DNA of 63,923 nucleotides, filler included, from a candidate division TA06 bacterium SM23_40 (GTDB lineage: Bacteria; LJUI01; SM1-40), in assembly GCA_001303705.1 (NCBI GenBank). It is 4 parts of 4 records of this genome, joined end to end, with 100 filler letters (N's around TTAATTAATTAA, not from the genome) between each part and the next. Parts side by side here need not be neighbours in the genome. Positions count along the whole stretch, not along the records: positions 1 to 25,143 come from LJUI01000019.1; 3 more parts are not named here. One strand, given 5' to 3'. Position 1 is the stretch's first letter, and each line of letters opens with the position of its first letter. Of the stretch, positions 8,186 through 18,744 are shown one piece after another. The position numbers and the translations under genes were made by a program. The notes beneath the pieces are model-generated. The model saw nothing but the letters and a program-made list of their open reading frames with translations. It ran no database searches and was not told where the DNA came from.

Positions 8186-9418
8186 ATGCTCTTCAGGTTC
8201 TCTCTGTACGGATTCCTCAAGAACCAGCGATACTTCGAACCATTCCTCATCCTCGCATTCAGAGCGAAGGGACTGAGCTTCTTCCAGATCGGCATACTCA
8301 TCGCCTTCCGCGAAGTGTGCATCAATCTCTTCGAGGTGCCGAGCGGGGCGGTCGCGGACGTGTGCGGACGGCGGCGATCAATGATCATCTCATTCTCCGC
8401 CTACATCATGTCATTCAGTGTCTTCGCGCTCGCCACGGGCTGGTGGTTGCTCTTCCCCGCCATGCTGCTCTTCGCTCTGGGGGAAGCCTTCCGCACGGGC
8501 ACCCATAAGGCGATGATCTTCGACTGGCTCAGCCAGGAAGGCCGATCCGAAGAGAGAACGAGAGTCTATGGATTCACGCGTTCGTGGTCGAAGATCGGAT
8601 CCGCGGCATCTGTTATCATCGCCGCTGCGCTCGTCTTCATCAGCGGTAACTACCAGTACGTCTTCTGGCTCTCGATCCCCCCCTACCTTCTCAATATCAT
8701 CAACTTCCTCGGGTATCCGCGGAGCCTCGATTGCAGGTCGCCGGAGTCACCATCCGTACCGCGGGTAGCCCGTCTACTCTGGCGTGCTGTACGGGACACG
8801 GCACGGAGACCAGTCCTTCGCGGACTCATCCTTGAGTCGATGCTCTTCGAGGGCACATTCAAGGCGACGAAGGACTACATTCAGCCGATCCTCAAGCAGA
8901 CCGCCCTGGCGCTCCCGCTCCTCCTCGCCCTGTCGGCTGACAGGAGAACGGCGATCCTCGTCGGCATCGTCTTCTTCACACTCCACCTCTTCGAGAGCGC
9001 CGCCTCCCGCCGCTCATACCTCCTTGCGGAACGGACCGGGGGCGAGCTTCAGGCCAACCGGGTCATCTGGATCGTTGCGCTCCTCGCCTACGCGTTCATG
9101 GCAGCCGCACTCTGGCGGGACGCGATCGGCGCTGCATTGCTGATCTATGTCGGTCTGTACGTCTCGCAGAACTTCTGGCGCCCCATACTCATCAGCCGCT
9201 TCAGTTACCACGCCGAAGAGGAATCGATGGCGACGGTTCTGTCGATAGAATCGCAGGCGAAGACGCTGGCGACTATGATCATCGCCCCGACGCTCGGTCT
9301 GGCAGTCGATCACTGGGGATTCTGGCCCGTGGGGCTTATCGGGTGCGCCGCCGCCGTGGCAGGCACCTATGTGAATACGAGGGCGCGTTCCCAGGCCCCG
9401 CAAGGAGGTCACGACTGA
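8186..9418 (+). CDS. MFS transporter
   Basis: EVPSGAVADVCGRRRS motif A; ~12 TM segments. Confidence 0.9.
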   Translation: MLFRFSLYGFLKNQRYFEPFLILAFRAKGLSFFQIGILIAFREVCINLFEVPSGAVADVCGRRRSMIISFSAYIMSFSVFALATGWWLLFPAMLLFALGEAFRTGTHKAMIFDWLSQEGRSEERTRVYGFTRSWSKIGSAASVIIAAALVFISGNYQYVFWLSIPPYLLNIINFLGYPRSLDCRSPESPSVPRVARLLWRAVRDTARRPVLRGLILESMLFEGTFKATKDYIQPILKQTALALPLLLALSADRRTAILVGIVFFTLHLFESAASRRSYLLAERTGGELQANRVIWIVALLAYAFMAAALWRDAIGAALLIYVGLYVSQNFWRPILISRFSYHAEEESMATVLSIESQAKTLATMIIAPTLGLAVDHWGFWPVGLIGCAAAVAGTYVNTRARSQAPQGGHD

Positions 9419-9451
9419 GGCCGGGCCGCCTGGGGGACTGAGGTCGCGCCC

Positions 9452-9961
9452 CTAGAGGAACCGCTCGAACCGCTCCTTCTTCGCCTTGCATACTGGACAG
9501 ATCTCGGGGGGGCCATCACGCGCGCAGAGGTACCCGCAGACGCGGCATCGCCACACGGGCAGGGAGAGAGATGAGACGGCCACGGACGGCGCGCCCCCTT
9601 CTCGCTTCTGCCGCTCCTCCGCTGACGGTCGCCGCTCCGGTATCGAACCGACAGCTTTCTTCCCTTCGAGGACATCCTGTGAGACATAGAGGGCGCAGTA
9701 GCATGAACCATGCTCGGTCAGGTCCGCATCCCGGTAATCACACGGACATATGATATCGAGATCATCGTCTTTCACCCCGGAAGCCAACCTGCAGGGACAC
9801 GCCCAATACCCGTACCTCTTCTCATTGATGAGCAAGCTCCTGACCAGATCCTTGGCGAACTCCTCATCCGGATTGAGATGATACCCGGAGGCCTCCGCCT
9901 CCTTGTCCAGTCTCCCATAGAGGGCCTGGATCTCTTTCTGCTCGACATCGATTTTCTTCAT
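9452..9961 (-). CDS. Ferredoxin-thioredoxin reductase catalytic domain fused to rubredoxin-like domain (ferredoxin disulfide reductase)
   Basis: CPCR, CPC, CYC FTR motifs; C-terminal WRCRVCGY...CPVC. Confidence 0.92.
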   Translation of the reverse strand: MKKIDVEQKEIQALYGRLDKEAEASGYHLNPDEEFAKDLVRSLLINEKRYGYWACPCRLASGVKDDDLDIICPCDYRDADLTEHGSCYCALYVSQDVLEGKKAVGSIPERRPSAEERQKREGGAPSVAVSSLSLPVWRCRVCGYLCARDGPPEICPVCKAKKERFERFL

Positions 9962-10239
9962 ATGCCGATCGCCTCCCGAATCCGCGCTTCATCGAACCCG
10001 ACAACGCTCTTCTCGTCATTGATCACCAATGTGGGGAACGAGGTCCTGGGGCTCCACCGCCTCATCTCCTTCTCCGCTTCCGTCTTCTCCTTGCCCTTCA
10101 GGAGGTCAACATCGATGTATTCGTACGCCACGCCCAGGTTCTGTAGCAGGCGTTTCGTCTTCCTGCACCATCCACAGGTGCTCAGAGCAAAGAGGAAGAT
10201 GTGCCCTCTGTCCTTACCCTTAACATGCGTCGCCTTCAT
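9958..10239 (-). CDS. Glutaredoxin/NrdH-like redoxin
   Basis: ALSTCGWC active site, SFPTLVI cis-Pro, VVGFDE; overlaps FTR start. Confidence 0.92.
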   Translation of the reverse strand: MKATHVKGKDRGHIFLFALSTCGWCRKTKRLLQNLGVAYEYIDVDLLKGKEKTEAEKEMRRWSPRTSFPTLVINDEKSVVGFDEARIREAIGI

Positions 10240-10242
10240 GTA

Positions 10243-10803
10243 CTATGCCTCCCTGTGCCTGTTCATGTGAGCAAACTGCTCGATCGGCATGCGCTCCGGC
10301 CTGTTCTTCTCCCACTCGATCTGCTTGTCAGAGAGCACGGGGCTTATCTCCTCCGCATGCTTGCCCACTATGACGAGCGTGATGAGCCTCATCTCCTCTG
10401 GTATCCCGAGAATCTCCTTGGCCTTGGCCTCATCGAATCCGGCGATGGGATGCGCCACAAGCCCCAGCTCAGTGGCCCGGAGGATGATGAACGCTGTAGC
10501 CATACCTGTATCGAACAGATAGTACACTCGGCCTTTCAGGTCGCAGTCCAGATCTCTCCGGGTGTGCACCGCTATGATGAGCGACGCCTGATACGCCCAT
10601 TCATTGCCTTTCGACAGGGCAGTGCGAAGTTGTCTCAGCACCGCCTCCTCATATGCGAAGACAAACCTCCAGGGCTGATTATTGAAGCAGGAGGGCGCCA
10701 GTTGGGCGTTCCCCGCCAGGTCTCGCACGCGCTCCTCGTCGATCTCCACGTACTCCAGGGAGCGGTACGCCCTCCGTTCCCGTATCGCTTGCTGTACGTC
10801 CAT
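10243..10803 (-). CDS. Nitroreductase family protein
   Basis: ERRAYR, APSCFNNQPWRF, LRATELGLVAHPIAGFD; RBS GGAGGTGA. Confidence 0.92.
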   Translation of the reverse strand: MDVQQAIRERRAYRSLEYVEIDEERVRDLAGNAQLAPSCFNNQPWRFVFAYEEAVLRQLRTALSKGNEWAYQASLIIAVHTRRDLDCDLKGRVYYLFDTGMATAFIILRATELGLVAHPIAGFDEAKAKEILGIPEEMRLITLVIVGKHAEEISPVLSDKQIEWEKNRPERMPIEQFAHMNRHREA

Positions 10804-10824
10804 ACATTTCACCTCCCGTTCCGT

Positions 10825-11511
10825 CTATCCCAAGCTCGCGCCCGTCTTCACCACCCCATCTATCTTCTCCAAAACGGATCTACTCCTCTCTGCCGCTCTC
10901 GCCAGCCATCTCTCATATTCGTCACCCGAATCTCCCGATGCATCCCCTACTTTCTCAAGATATGCTGTCACCTCATCCCGAATACCACGCACGTGGCGCT
11001 CCCGTCTCGTCTCATCGAGCGGCTTCTCTCCCTGAAGCTTCATCCCCCCCTCGCTTCCCCCTTCCGGGAAGTACCAGTCCTTGAACCATGTGAATCCAAG
11101 TTCAAACAGCTTGGAGCCAAGACGAGTTATAGCAGGGGGAACCCCGTACCGCAGGCCGTACAAGGTCTCTCTGTCGGCCTGATACTCGACGTAGATCTTC
11201 CCTCCCGGACCGAGATCCCTCGAAAACAACTCCAACAGCCTGTCCTCAAAGATCGAACCGAAATATTCGATTCTTGTCCCCAGATCTATCTGTGGACGAA
11301 TACCGGAAATCTCTACCCACGGCCGATAGTACGGCTCCCTGCCGTAGTAGACTTTGACGTGCAGAAGCCGATCTTCGTGTGCGGCTTTCTTTCCGTACAC
11401 AACCAGATTGGCCTCTTCACTGAACCTCCCGGCCGTGATCTCTTTTGCATAGAGGGTAGTCCCGTCGACCTCAATCCCCCTATTCAGGTGTTGAACGTCC
11501 TCTCTGAGCAT
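10825..11511 (-). CDS. DUF1122 family protein
   Basis: YYRPWVE, IYVEY, PPAITRLG, GFTWFKDWYFPEGGSEGGMKLQGEKP. Confidence 0.8.
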   Translation of the reverse strand: MLREDVQHLNRGIEVDGTTLYAKEITAGRFSEEANLVVYGKKAAHEDRLLHVKVYYGREPYYRPWVEISGIRPQIDLGTRIEYFGSIFEDRLLELFSRDLGPGGKIYVEYQADRETLYGLRYGVPPAITRLGSKLFELGFTWFKDWYFPEGGSEGGMKLQGEKPLDETRRERHVRGIRDEVTAYLEKVGDASGDSGDEYERWLARAAERSRSVLEKIDGVVKTGASLG

Positions 11512-11880
11512 CGCTCGGCTCTAATGCTGGCAGGTCCTGGTAGTTCTCTCGGCCACTGACCATTTCCAAATCTCGGCCTCGACATCTGTCACGAACGAGA
11601 CTTCTGGTGTCGTCTCCTACCACTGCACCGACCACCACTGCACCGACAACGGACTACGGCAGACTGCCCGGCACCTGACCCCTGAGAGCCCACACTGCAG
11701 CCTGGGCACAGTGCATCTCCCCGGACTGCCGACACTCCTCTGCATCCCGGTGCTTCATTTCCATCAGTAAGCTCGCATCTACCGTTCTTCGCATATACGA
11801 CATCGGCAGCCAGCCCCGCACATCGCTCTCAGATCTCCTGGCTCGTAGGACCCAAAGCCGGGATGGTCAGACACAATGGA

Positions 11881-12609
11881 CTAGCTCTGGGGCGAGAACT
11901 GATCTTTGGATGCTCCGCAGACGGGACAGACCCAGTCGTCCGGGACTTCTTCGAATGGAGTCCCCGGGGAGACGCCGTTCTCCGGATCCCCTTCCCCTGG
12001 GTCGTACACATAACCGCATACGTCGCACTCATACTTCACCATTGTCCCTGGCCTCCTTTCGGGAGCTGACGTTTGCACAGCAGACGTCGGCGCGGGTGTC
12101 CTGTATGTCGGGGCGTTCTTCGCAGTCTTCCCCTTCTTTGTCTCATGATAGTACGCGTATGTGAGCGGTCTGCCTTTCTTCAAGATTTCCCCGCTGACTA
12201 CTTCTCCCACGAATATCGTGTGGGTTCCTACGTCAGTCTGGTCGATGACACGTGCATCCATCACTGACAGCACGTTCTCGGTTACGAGAGGACACCCGGT
12301 CTCACCTGTCTGGTACACAGTCTGGGATAACTTATCCACATCCCTCCCCGACTTGAATCCAAACAGCCCTACGAACTTCATCGGCGTGGACTCTTCGAGA
12401 ATGGAGACCCCGAATACGCCACTCCGGGAGATATATTCATGTGTGAGGTTATCTTTGCTGATGCTGACAGCAATCCGCGGCGGCTCGGCGGTTACCTGGA
12501 TGACCGTGTTGGCTATCTGACCGTTGAGTTTGTCGTCGAGGCGAGAGGTGACAACATAGAGCCCATAACTCAAGTCGCACAGGCATTCGATGATCCCTTC
12601 ATCATTCAT
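11881..12609 (-). CDS. Flavin reductase-rubredoxin fusion (high-molecular-weight rubredoxin)
   Basis: SYGLYVVT...[35 protein letters not shown]-terminal [10 protein letters not shown]...[12 protein letters not shown]. Confidence 0.92.
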   Translation of the reverse strand: MNDEGIIECLCDLSYGLYVVTSRLDDKLNGQIANTVIQVTAEPPRIAVSISKDNLTHEYISRSGVFGVSILEESTPMKFVGLFGFKSGRDVDKLSQTVYQTGETGCPLVTENVLSVMDARVIDQTDVGTHTIFVGEVVSGEILKKGRPLTYAYYHETKKGKTAKNAPTYRTPAPTSAVQTSAPERRPGTMVKYECDVCGYVYDPGEGDPENGVSPGTPFEEVPDDWVCPVCGASKDQFSPQS

Positions 12610-13813
12610 GGGCACAGATCTCCTCTAGCCGCTCAGCGACGAGCTTCCCCAGGGAACGGCATCGGGCCAGTGTCTCATCATCCGGCACGTACTTGATTTT
12701 GATGTCCTCACCGATCGGCTCGATCTTCATCTGGTTGAGTGCGTCCCTCACCTGCGCCACACCGTCACCGCTCCAGCCGTACGAACCGAACGCAGCCCCG
12801 ATCAGGTTCCGCGGCCTCAGGCCCTTGAGGTATGTAAGCACATCGGCCACCGTGGGGAAGATGTTGTTGTTGAGCGTTGGAGTGCCCACGATCAGGGCGC
12901 CGGCATCGAGTATCTCAGTCGCTACCTGGCTCCGATGGGTGGATGCGAGCGGCATCAGCCTGGCGCTCGCCCCACTCTCCACAAGTCCCTCCCCGATCGC
13001 CCGTGCCATCGCTGCTGTGCTCTGCCACATCGTGTCGTAGACGACCAGAGCCTTCAGCGTCGGCTTCTGAACACACCATCTCGCGTACCAGTCAACGATC
13101 CTCTGCACGTCCTTCCGCCAGATCGGCCCATGATCTGGCCCAATCGTCTCAATTGTCAAGCCGAGGCTATCTACCCTAGCAAGCAGTTTGGCGACAAGGG
13201 GGGAATAAGGCAGCAGGATGTTGGCGTAGTACTTCGCCGCTTCGTACTCTAGTACTCCGTCGTCGATCTCGTCCGCGAACCGCTCGCCCGATGCGAGGTG
13301 CATGCCAAAGGCATCCTGCGAAAAGAGGAGCTGATCTTCCCCCAGGTAGGTGAACATGCTGTCCGGCCAGTGGAGCATCCTGGTCTCGATGAATCTCAGC
13401 TCCACATTCCCGAGGCTGAGGCTCTCGCCATCCTTTACCGGGACGATCTCCCGATCCAGATGAAAATGCTCCAGAAGCGCCTTCGCGCCCATGACCGAGG
13501 CGAATACCTTCTCAGGCCTGACGATGTCCCATATATCGGCCAGGCATCCCGAGTGATCCATCTCAGAGTGGTTTGAGACGATGTACCTGATGTCGCGAGG
13601 ATCTATCACGGACGCGATGCGGGAGAGCAACTCATTCTTGAACGGTGCCTTGACCGTATCGATAAGCGTGACGGCATCTGCCATAACGAGGTAGGCATTG
13701 TAGCTCGATCCCCGGTCTGTGGAGTAGCCGTGGAAGTCGCGCACGGCCCAGTCGACCGCACCTACCCAGTACACATGTTCGCTCACGCGGACGGCCTTGA
13801 ACTGCTCGTTCAT
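12602..13813 (-). CDS. fprA: Flavodiiron protein FprA
   Basis: [26 protein letters not shown], flavodoxin domain AFGSYGWSG. Confidence 0.95.
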   Translation of the reverse strand: MNEQFKAVRVSEHVYWVGAVDWAVRDFHGYSTDRGSSYNAYLVMADAVTLIDTVKAPFKNELLSRIASVIDPRDIRYIVSNHSEMDHSGCLADIWDIVRPEKVFASVMGAKALLEHFHLDREIVPVKDGESLSLGNVELRFIETRMLHWPDSMFTYLGEDQLLFSQDAFGMHLASGERFADEIDDGVLEYEAAKYYANILLPYSPLVAKLLARVDSLGLTIETIGPDHGPIWRKDVQRIVDWYARWCVQKPTLKALVVYDTMWQSTAAMARAIGEGLVESGASARLMPLASTHRSQVATEILDAGALIVGTPTLNNNIFPTVADVLTYLKGLRPRNLIGAAFGSYGWSGDGVAQVRDALNQMKIEPIGEDIKIKYVPDDETLARCRSLGKLVAERLEEICAHE

Positions 13814-13834
13814 GCCACGAACCTCCGCCGACAG

Positions 13835-14329
13835 CTAGTGTTTCGGAGACGATAGGTGCATGCTCAGGATTCCGATATGGCGCATCTCTTCCCTGATGAT
13901 CTCTTCGACCCACTCTCCTCCCAGTCTCTGGGGAACGACCTCCCTCATCCCCTGATAGAAGATGACAGAGTCCTTCTCGAGCTCGATGGCGATCCTCAGA
14001 ACATCATCCATCGCCTCTTTCCCGGACAGGAGGTCAGTCGGATCGGCGTCCACATCGAAGATTCGCTTGTCCGCGATCGCCCGAAGGTACAGGGGAACCT
14101 GACCTTCCGGATCCCATATGGTAGAAGCACGCTCATCCTCTGATAGTTGCGCCCTCATCGAAGCGAAGATCTTCTCATGCTGGTCCTCCATCGCTGCGAG
14201 GTCGAGCAATATCTTACGTCCCCCTGCATCGCCTGCACCCTCCGCCGCGCGGCGATAGAACTTCGCTCCGTTCCGTTCGATCTGTTCCGCCATCTCGAAG
14301 ATCTCGTCAGCATTGAAATCAACACTCAT
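13835..14329 (-). CDS. Ferritin-like/rubrerythrin family protein
   Basis: EMAEQIERNGAKFY, EDQH, AIELEKDSVIFY, EEMRH diiron motifs. Confidence 0.9.
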   Translation of the reverse strand: MSVDFNADEIFEMAEQIERNGAKFYRRAAEGAGDAGGRKILLDLAAMEDQHEKIFASMRAQLSEDERASTIWDPEGQVPLYLRAIADKRIFDVDADPTDLLSGKEAMDDVLRIAIELEKDSVIFYQGMREVVPQRLGGEWVEEIIREEMRHIGILSMHLSSPKH

Positions 14330-14460
14330 GGTCTCTCTCCCTGTGTTATCTACAGCCAGATAGGGTGGGAATATGCCATGTTCACCGGACCATAACTCCC
14401 GACTCCCTCGTGCTCAGAATCGCCATGATCGATCCCTGGCTCCATCAGAATCGACCGAGG

Positions 14461-14658
14461 CTAGCCGATCTCATATCCTGCCCCTACTATGCGCTCCCTG
14501 ATTGTCTCCATTTGCACGGGCTTCAGTTCCTCGAACGTTGCCTCTCCTCTGGCCAGATCGACGTTCACGTTCTCGATACCCTCGACCTCGCTGAGAGCTT
14601 TCTTCACAGCCATGACGCAATGCTCGCACGTCATCCCCTTCACCTTGATGGTCCTCAT
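14461..14658 (-). CDS. copZ: Copper chaperone CopZ (HMA domain)
   Basis: MRTIKVKGMTCEHCVMAV...AGY; RBS AGGAAAGGAG. Confidence 0.88.
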   Translation of the reverse strand: MRTIKVKGMTCEHCVMAVKKALSEVEGIENVNVDLARGEATFEELKPVQMETIRERIVGAGYEIG

Positions 14659-14740
14659 CGCCCCGTCTCCTTTCCTGTTACACGATATATGTGAAGTGTA
14701 CCCTGTCCTGCTCCCCCGCAGACCCATCTCTGCCGATCAG

Positions 14741-14983
14741 CTATGCGTCATTTCCTATGAGCCTGCGCTTCCAGAAGACCATGATACTGTCTTTGCCGAA
14801 GGCCATCTGGACCAGCTCCCACCCCACCCTTCCGCGGTCGTTCAGCAGATCACCGAGCACTTGCAGTTCATCGCCGGGCACTTGATCTGCGGAGCATTCG
14901 CCGGTCTCGGAACAGAAGTAGACCACTTTGCGGAATGTCTCCGCTGGATGTACGGTGATCTCGTACTCAAATCGTTCCACCAT
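14741..14983 (-). CDS. Small DUF4177-like protein with CxxxxxC insert
   Basis: FEYEI...LNDRGRVGWELVQ...FWKRR pattern; RBS AAGGGAG. Confidence 0.7.
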   Translation of the reverse strand: MVERFEYEITVHPAETFRKVVYFCSETGECSADQVPGDELQVLGDLLNDRGRVGWELVQMAFGKDSIMVFWKRRLIGNDA

Positions 14984-15022
14984 GATCTCCCTTCTGTCGT
15001 TTGATATCAGCAGATGCTGCCA

Positions 15023-15052
15023 ACTCTATACGCTCCCTCAGTCCTCTGTCAA
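15023..15052 (-). promoter_or_regulatory. Internal sigma70-like promoter upstream of 14741..14983
   Basis: TTGACA-N18-TAGAGT on minus strand. Confidence 0.45.
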
Positions 15053-15342
15053 TATCGATCGAGCATATCCCGATTCCCCGCCCTGGCGGGCCCCGCCGCG
15101 TCTATCTCCGCGGCCTCGTGACTCCCTTCCGGAACACGCCCGCACCCCCCTGCCGGCACACATCGCCACTCCCCTGATATCTGCCGGCTGTTACCTGATC
15201 TCCGCGCGGGAGCGCGGGAGCGAAGACTGCCGCCGCACCGCCCTATCCCCGGGCGATGCCAGGATCGAGCGAGACGGCGGCCATGATACGGAAGCAGACT
15301 GCGCCCCCTGCGCAGCGCGCTCAGAACGTGTCGCTGGTCACC

Positions 15343-15858
15343 CTACTCAGCGGGGGCAGCAGGCATAGTGAAGACTCGCTGGCCCAGCTCCTGATCGACC
15401 ATGAACATACCGCCACCGGCATCACCGACAAGCTTCAGCTTCTGGACTATGTCGTTAGCCGACGCCTCCTCCTCCACCTGCTCGGAGACGAACCACTGGA
15501 GGAAGTTGTTCGTGGCGTGATCCTTTTGCTCTATTGCGAGGTCGACCAGGTGGTTGATCAAGCCGGTCACGGTCTGCTCATGCCGGTACGTGTGCTCGAA
15601 CGCGTCCAGTGGTGACTTCCATTCCGCCTGCGGCCCCTCTACCGGCCCGAGGGTGACTCGTCCCCCGCTCTCATTCACGTAGTCGTAGAACTTCATTGCA
15701 TGGACGAGCTCCTCCTGTGCCTGCACACGCATCCAGTTAGCGAAGCCAGCCAGATTGACAGACTGGAAGTAGGCTGACATCGACAGATAGAGGTACGAGG
15801 AGTAAAGCTCCGCGTTGAGCTGCTTGTTGAGTGCCTCCTGCATCTTTTTGCTCACCAT
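15343..15858 (-). CDS. ftnA: Non-heme ferritin
   Basis: [41 protein letters not shown]. Confidence 0.95.
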   Translation of the reverse strand: MVSKKMQEALNKQLNAELYSSYLYLSMSAYFQSVNLAGFANWMRVQAQEELVHAMKFYDYVNESGGRVTLGPVEGPQAEWKSPLDAFEHTYRHEQTVTGLINHLVDLAIEQKDHATNNFLQWFVSEQVEEEASANDIVQKLKLVGDAGGGMFMVDQELGQRVFTMPAAPAE

Positions 15859-15863
15859 GACAT

Positions 15864-16238
15864 CTATCCTTTCCATAGACCGTGGACGTTACAGTACTCT
15901 CTTGCAGTCACCTTATCCGCTTTGATGGCAAACGTTGCTTCGGGCGCGTCTCCGGGCTTCAGGAAATGCCGATATGCGTTTCTGTCGGCTATCAGCTGGA
16001 TCCACTCGATGTAGTGTTTCTCCTCCATCGGATGGGCAACGCTCCCCACCTTCACCATAACGCCGCTGGCGGTCTTCTCGATCACCGGAACATGCTTCTC
16101 CTTTGCGGCGTCGGTCGTGTTTTCCTTGAACAGAACCATCGGCTGGTCGCAGCAGACCAGCTCGCCCTGTCCTTCATGGAGAACTTCGACGATGTTCCCG
16201 CAGATTTCGCACTTGTAGATCTGGAGCCTCTCTGTCAC
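15864..16238 (-). CDS. dfx: Desulfoferrodoxin (superoxide reductase)
   Basis: YKCEICGN...[36 protein letters not shown] start. Confidence 0.96.
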   Translation of the reverse strand: MTERLQIYKCEICGNIVEVLHEGQGELVCCDQPMVLFKENTTDAAKEKHVPVIEKTASGVMVKVGSVAHPMEEKHYIEWIQLIADRNAYRHFLKPGDAPEATFAIKADKVTAREYCNVHGLWKG

Positions 16239-16312
16239 TTTCCTCCTCCTTCTGAGACGAGTAGAACGTCACTCGACCGACAACAGGCGGGAGGGTCAGC
16301 ATCCTCCGCCCA

Positions 16313-16828
16313 TCAGGTCAACTCCCTCACTGCATTCAGTACTGCCTCGTAGTCCGGCTCGTTCGTCACCTCCGGCACGAACTGGATGTAGCGAATGGTG
16401 CCCTCCCGATCGACCACGAAAATCGCACGCCCCAGCAATCTGAGATCCTTGATCAGAACGCCGAATGCAGTGCCGAATGAGGCATCACGGTAATCTGACA
16501 GCGTCACAACTCTTGTTACCCCTGCGGCGCCGCACCAGCGTTTCTGGGCAAACGGGAGGTCCATGCTGATGGTGAGAATCACAACATCCGATCCCAGACG
16601 GGCGGCCTCTTCATTGAACCGCCTCGTCTCCATATCACAGACGGCCGTGTCCAGAGACGCTACCGAAGATATGACACAGACTTTCCCGCGATAGGAAGAC
16701 CCCTTGACCGGAGCCATGTCGTTCGCGATCACCTCGAACTCAGGAGCACGGTCGCCGACCTTGACCTCATCGCCTACCAGGGTCACGGGCTTCCCTTTCA
16801 TCGTTATGAGTCCAGTTCTCTCGTTCAC
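16313..16828 (-). CDS. tpx: Thiol peroxidase Tpx
   Basis: SLDTAVCDMETRRFN, ISMDLPFAQKRWC, EVTNEPDY. Confidence 0.93.
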   Translation of the reverse strand: MNERTGLITMKGKPVTLVGDEVKVGDRAPEFEVIANDMAPVKGSSYRGKVCVISSVASLDTAVCDMETRRFNEEAARLGSDVVILTISMDLPFAQKRWCGAAGVTRVVTLSDYRDASFGTAFGVLIKDLRLLGRAIFVVDREGTIRYIQFVPEVTNEPDYEAVLNAVRELT

Positions 16829-16897
16829 GCCTCCATCCTCTCTGCGGATGTGATTCTACCATCGTAGGTGCTACTCTCTGGCCCTGTTTGCACCTCT

Positions 16898-17473
16898 CTA
16901 CCAGTTCTCACAGAGCAACTCGTAGTACGCCTGAGGGTGTGCGCAGGCGGGACATTCATTGGGAGCCTCCGGGCCCTCGTGCAGATACCCGCAGTTGATA
17001 CACCGCCACACCACCGGCTTGTCCTTCTTGAAGATCTTACAGGCCTCCACGTTGGCAAGAAGACCCAGATAGCGCCTCTCGTGCTGTTTCTCGGCCACGG
17101 CGATCGAGGTGAAGATGGCGGCGATCTCGTCGAAGCCTTCCGCCTCCGCCACCTTGGCAAACTCCGGATACATCTCTGCCCACTCGTAGTGCTCTCCGCC
17201 GGCCGCTCCCTTGAGGTTTTCCGCAGTCGTCCCTATGATTCCCGCGGGGAACGCGGCCCGAACCTCGACCTCGCCGCCTTTGAGCTCCTTGAACAGCCGC
17301 TTGGCGTGTTCCTTTTCCTGGTTGGCCGTCTCTTCGAAGATCTGCGCGATCTGGACGTATCCGTCTTTCTTTGCCTGGCTCGCGAAATAGGTATAGCGAT
17401 TCCTCGCCTGCGACTCACCGGCGAACGCCGTTAAGAGATTCTTCTCCGTCTTCGACCCCTTCAGCTGCATCAT
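16898..17473 (-). CDS. rbr: Rubrerythrin
   Basis: [36 protein letters not shown]...CPACAHP. Confidence 0.96.
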   Translation of the reverse strand: MMQLKGSKTEKNLLTAFAGESQARNRYTYFASQAKKDGYVQIAQIFEETANQEKEHAKRLFKELKGGEVEVRAAFPAGIIGTTAENLKGAAGGEHYEWAEMYPEFAKVAEAEGFDEIAAIFTSIAVAEKQHERRYLGLLANVEACKIFKKDKPVVWRCINCGYLHEGPEAPNECPACAHPQAYYELLCENW

Positions 17474-17973
17474 CGTTCCTCCTCTGTGCCCGTGTCACGG
17501 GTCAGTTCGTGAGATTTCTGTTCCTCCGCGGCTTCCGTGGCGTCCAAGCCGCGGTGAGCATGTTGCCCTTTCTGTCTGCACTGTGGACACAAGCCAACGA
17601 ATTCCAACTTATACCCTACCACCTCGTACTCCGTCAACCCCTGAAGAACATCATCCACCGCCGCGATCGGCTCAATCTCCACATCATCCACGCGCCCGCA
17701 CCGGAGGCAGCGCACATGGTAGTGGTTCTCAAGGAACCCGTCAAACCGCCGTTGACCGCCCCCCTCCAGCTTCTGGATCATGCCGTGCCGGGACAGGAGC
17801 TCGAGGTTGCGGTACACAGTGCCCAGACTGATATGGGGCAGCCGCTGCCGGACCATCTCATACACCTCATCCGCTGTGGGGTGTGAATCTACCCGCCGCA
17901 GTTCTTCCAAGATGGCCCGCCGCTGCATCGTCATCCGTAGGTCTTCTCGTACCATGTGTAAGTCTTTGTTCAT
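17470..17973 (-). CDS. Fur family regulator, probably PerR (start may be 17955 or 17991)
   Basis: [45 protein letters not shown]; heads the peroxide-defence cluster. Confidence 0.9.
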   Translation of the reverse strand: MNKDLHMVREDLRMTMQRRAILEELRRVDSHPTADEVYEMVRQRLPHISLGTVYRNLELLSRHGMIQKLEGGGQRRFDGFLENHYHVRCLRCGRVDDVEIEPIAAVDDVLQGLTEYEVVGYKLEFVGLCPQCRQKGQHAHRGLDATEAAEEQKSHELTRDTGTEEER

Positions 17974-17989
17974 CAATCTCTTATCTCCC

Positions 17990-18048
17990 ATAATGGTAAC
18001 AACAATCGTTACTATTATCAATATACACGGCGAAGCCCACGATGTCAA
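17990..18048 (-). promoter_or_regulatory. sigma70 promoter and Fur/PerR-type operator for the oxidative-stress cluster
   Basis: TTGACA-N17-TATATT on minus (18048-18020); 11-7-11 inverted repeat ATAATGGTAAC-aacaatc-GTTACTATTAT at 17990-18018 with one mismatch. Confidence 0.8.
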
Positions 18049-18445
18049 GGACTTTTGTCGAGATTTTTCCAAGACCGTGCGCAAAATCCGGTGCGAATTT
18101 CCGGCATGTCCTGTCACAACATATTGAATGCTGGAAAGTTGCATAATAGACTTCGGAGATTAGCACGTTGAACGCACTGAAGGATTCTACTATGCGAAAG
18201 AAACGGTGTATCCTCTGCAGCGGCAGGACTTTGAGCAGGACCGATCGCAACAGGGTATCCAGGGCTCGCCTCCCCCAATCCGCTTAGAAGCCCGACCTAT
18301 CGACAGTTAATCGCTCCGGACCAACCTCTCGATCACCGCAGCCGAGAATCGATTTGCCAGCCTGCCCTCCCCACCGATATATTGTTGGCGCAGCACCCCG
18401 GGGCGGGCAGACCGAGCAACGCACGGGGGCCGACACCGCAGCTGC

Positions 18446-18680
18446 CCGGGTCTTGTGCGTGCCCAGGTCTTGTGCGTGCCCAGGTCCGACGTGCGCCCAG
18501 GCCCGACATAAGTGCAGGTTCTACGTGCGTGCGCGTCCTATGTTTGTGCGCGTCGGCGGATGCTATGTGTTTGCGGATCCTGCGCATCTGCGGATGCTAT
18601 GTGTGTGCGGATCCTGCGTGTGCGGGGATCCTGCGTGTATGTCCGTCCTGGGTGTATGTCCGTCCTGCGTGTGTGCAGGT
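18446..18680. repeat. Degenerate 17-nt tandem repeat, ~14 copies
   Basis: Units such as GCGGATCCTGCGTGTGT and CCAGGTCTTGTGCGTGC at 17-nt period. Confidence 0.85.
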
Positions 18681-18744
18681 AGTGAGCGCGAATGCCAGTA
18701 TGGGGAGGGAGCCAGTCTATGCGAGAATGCAAAGAGACGGGGTT

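Noticed and set aside
10201-11559. 452-aa plus ORF and similar long ORFs (20096..21136, 33017..34231, 38673..40010, 61293..62339)
   Set aside because: Antisense or alternate-frame shadows of well-supported genes in GC-rich DNA.
18382-18744. Cys-rich N-terminal extension of HtrA
   Set aside because: It is translation through a 17-nt (non-triplet) GT-rich repeat.
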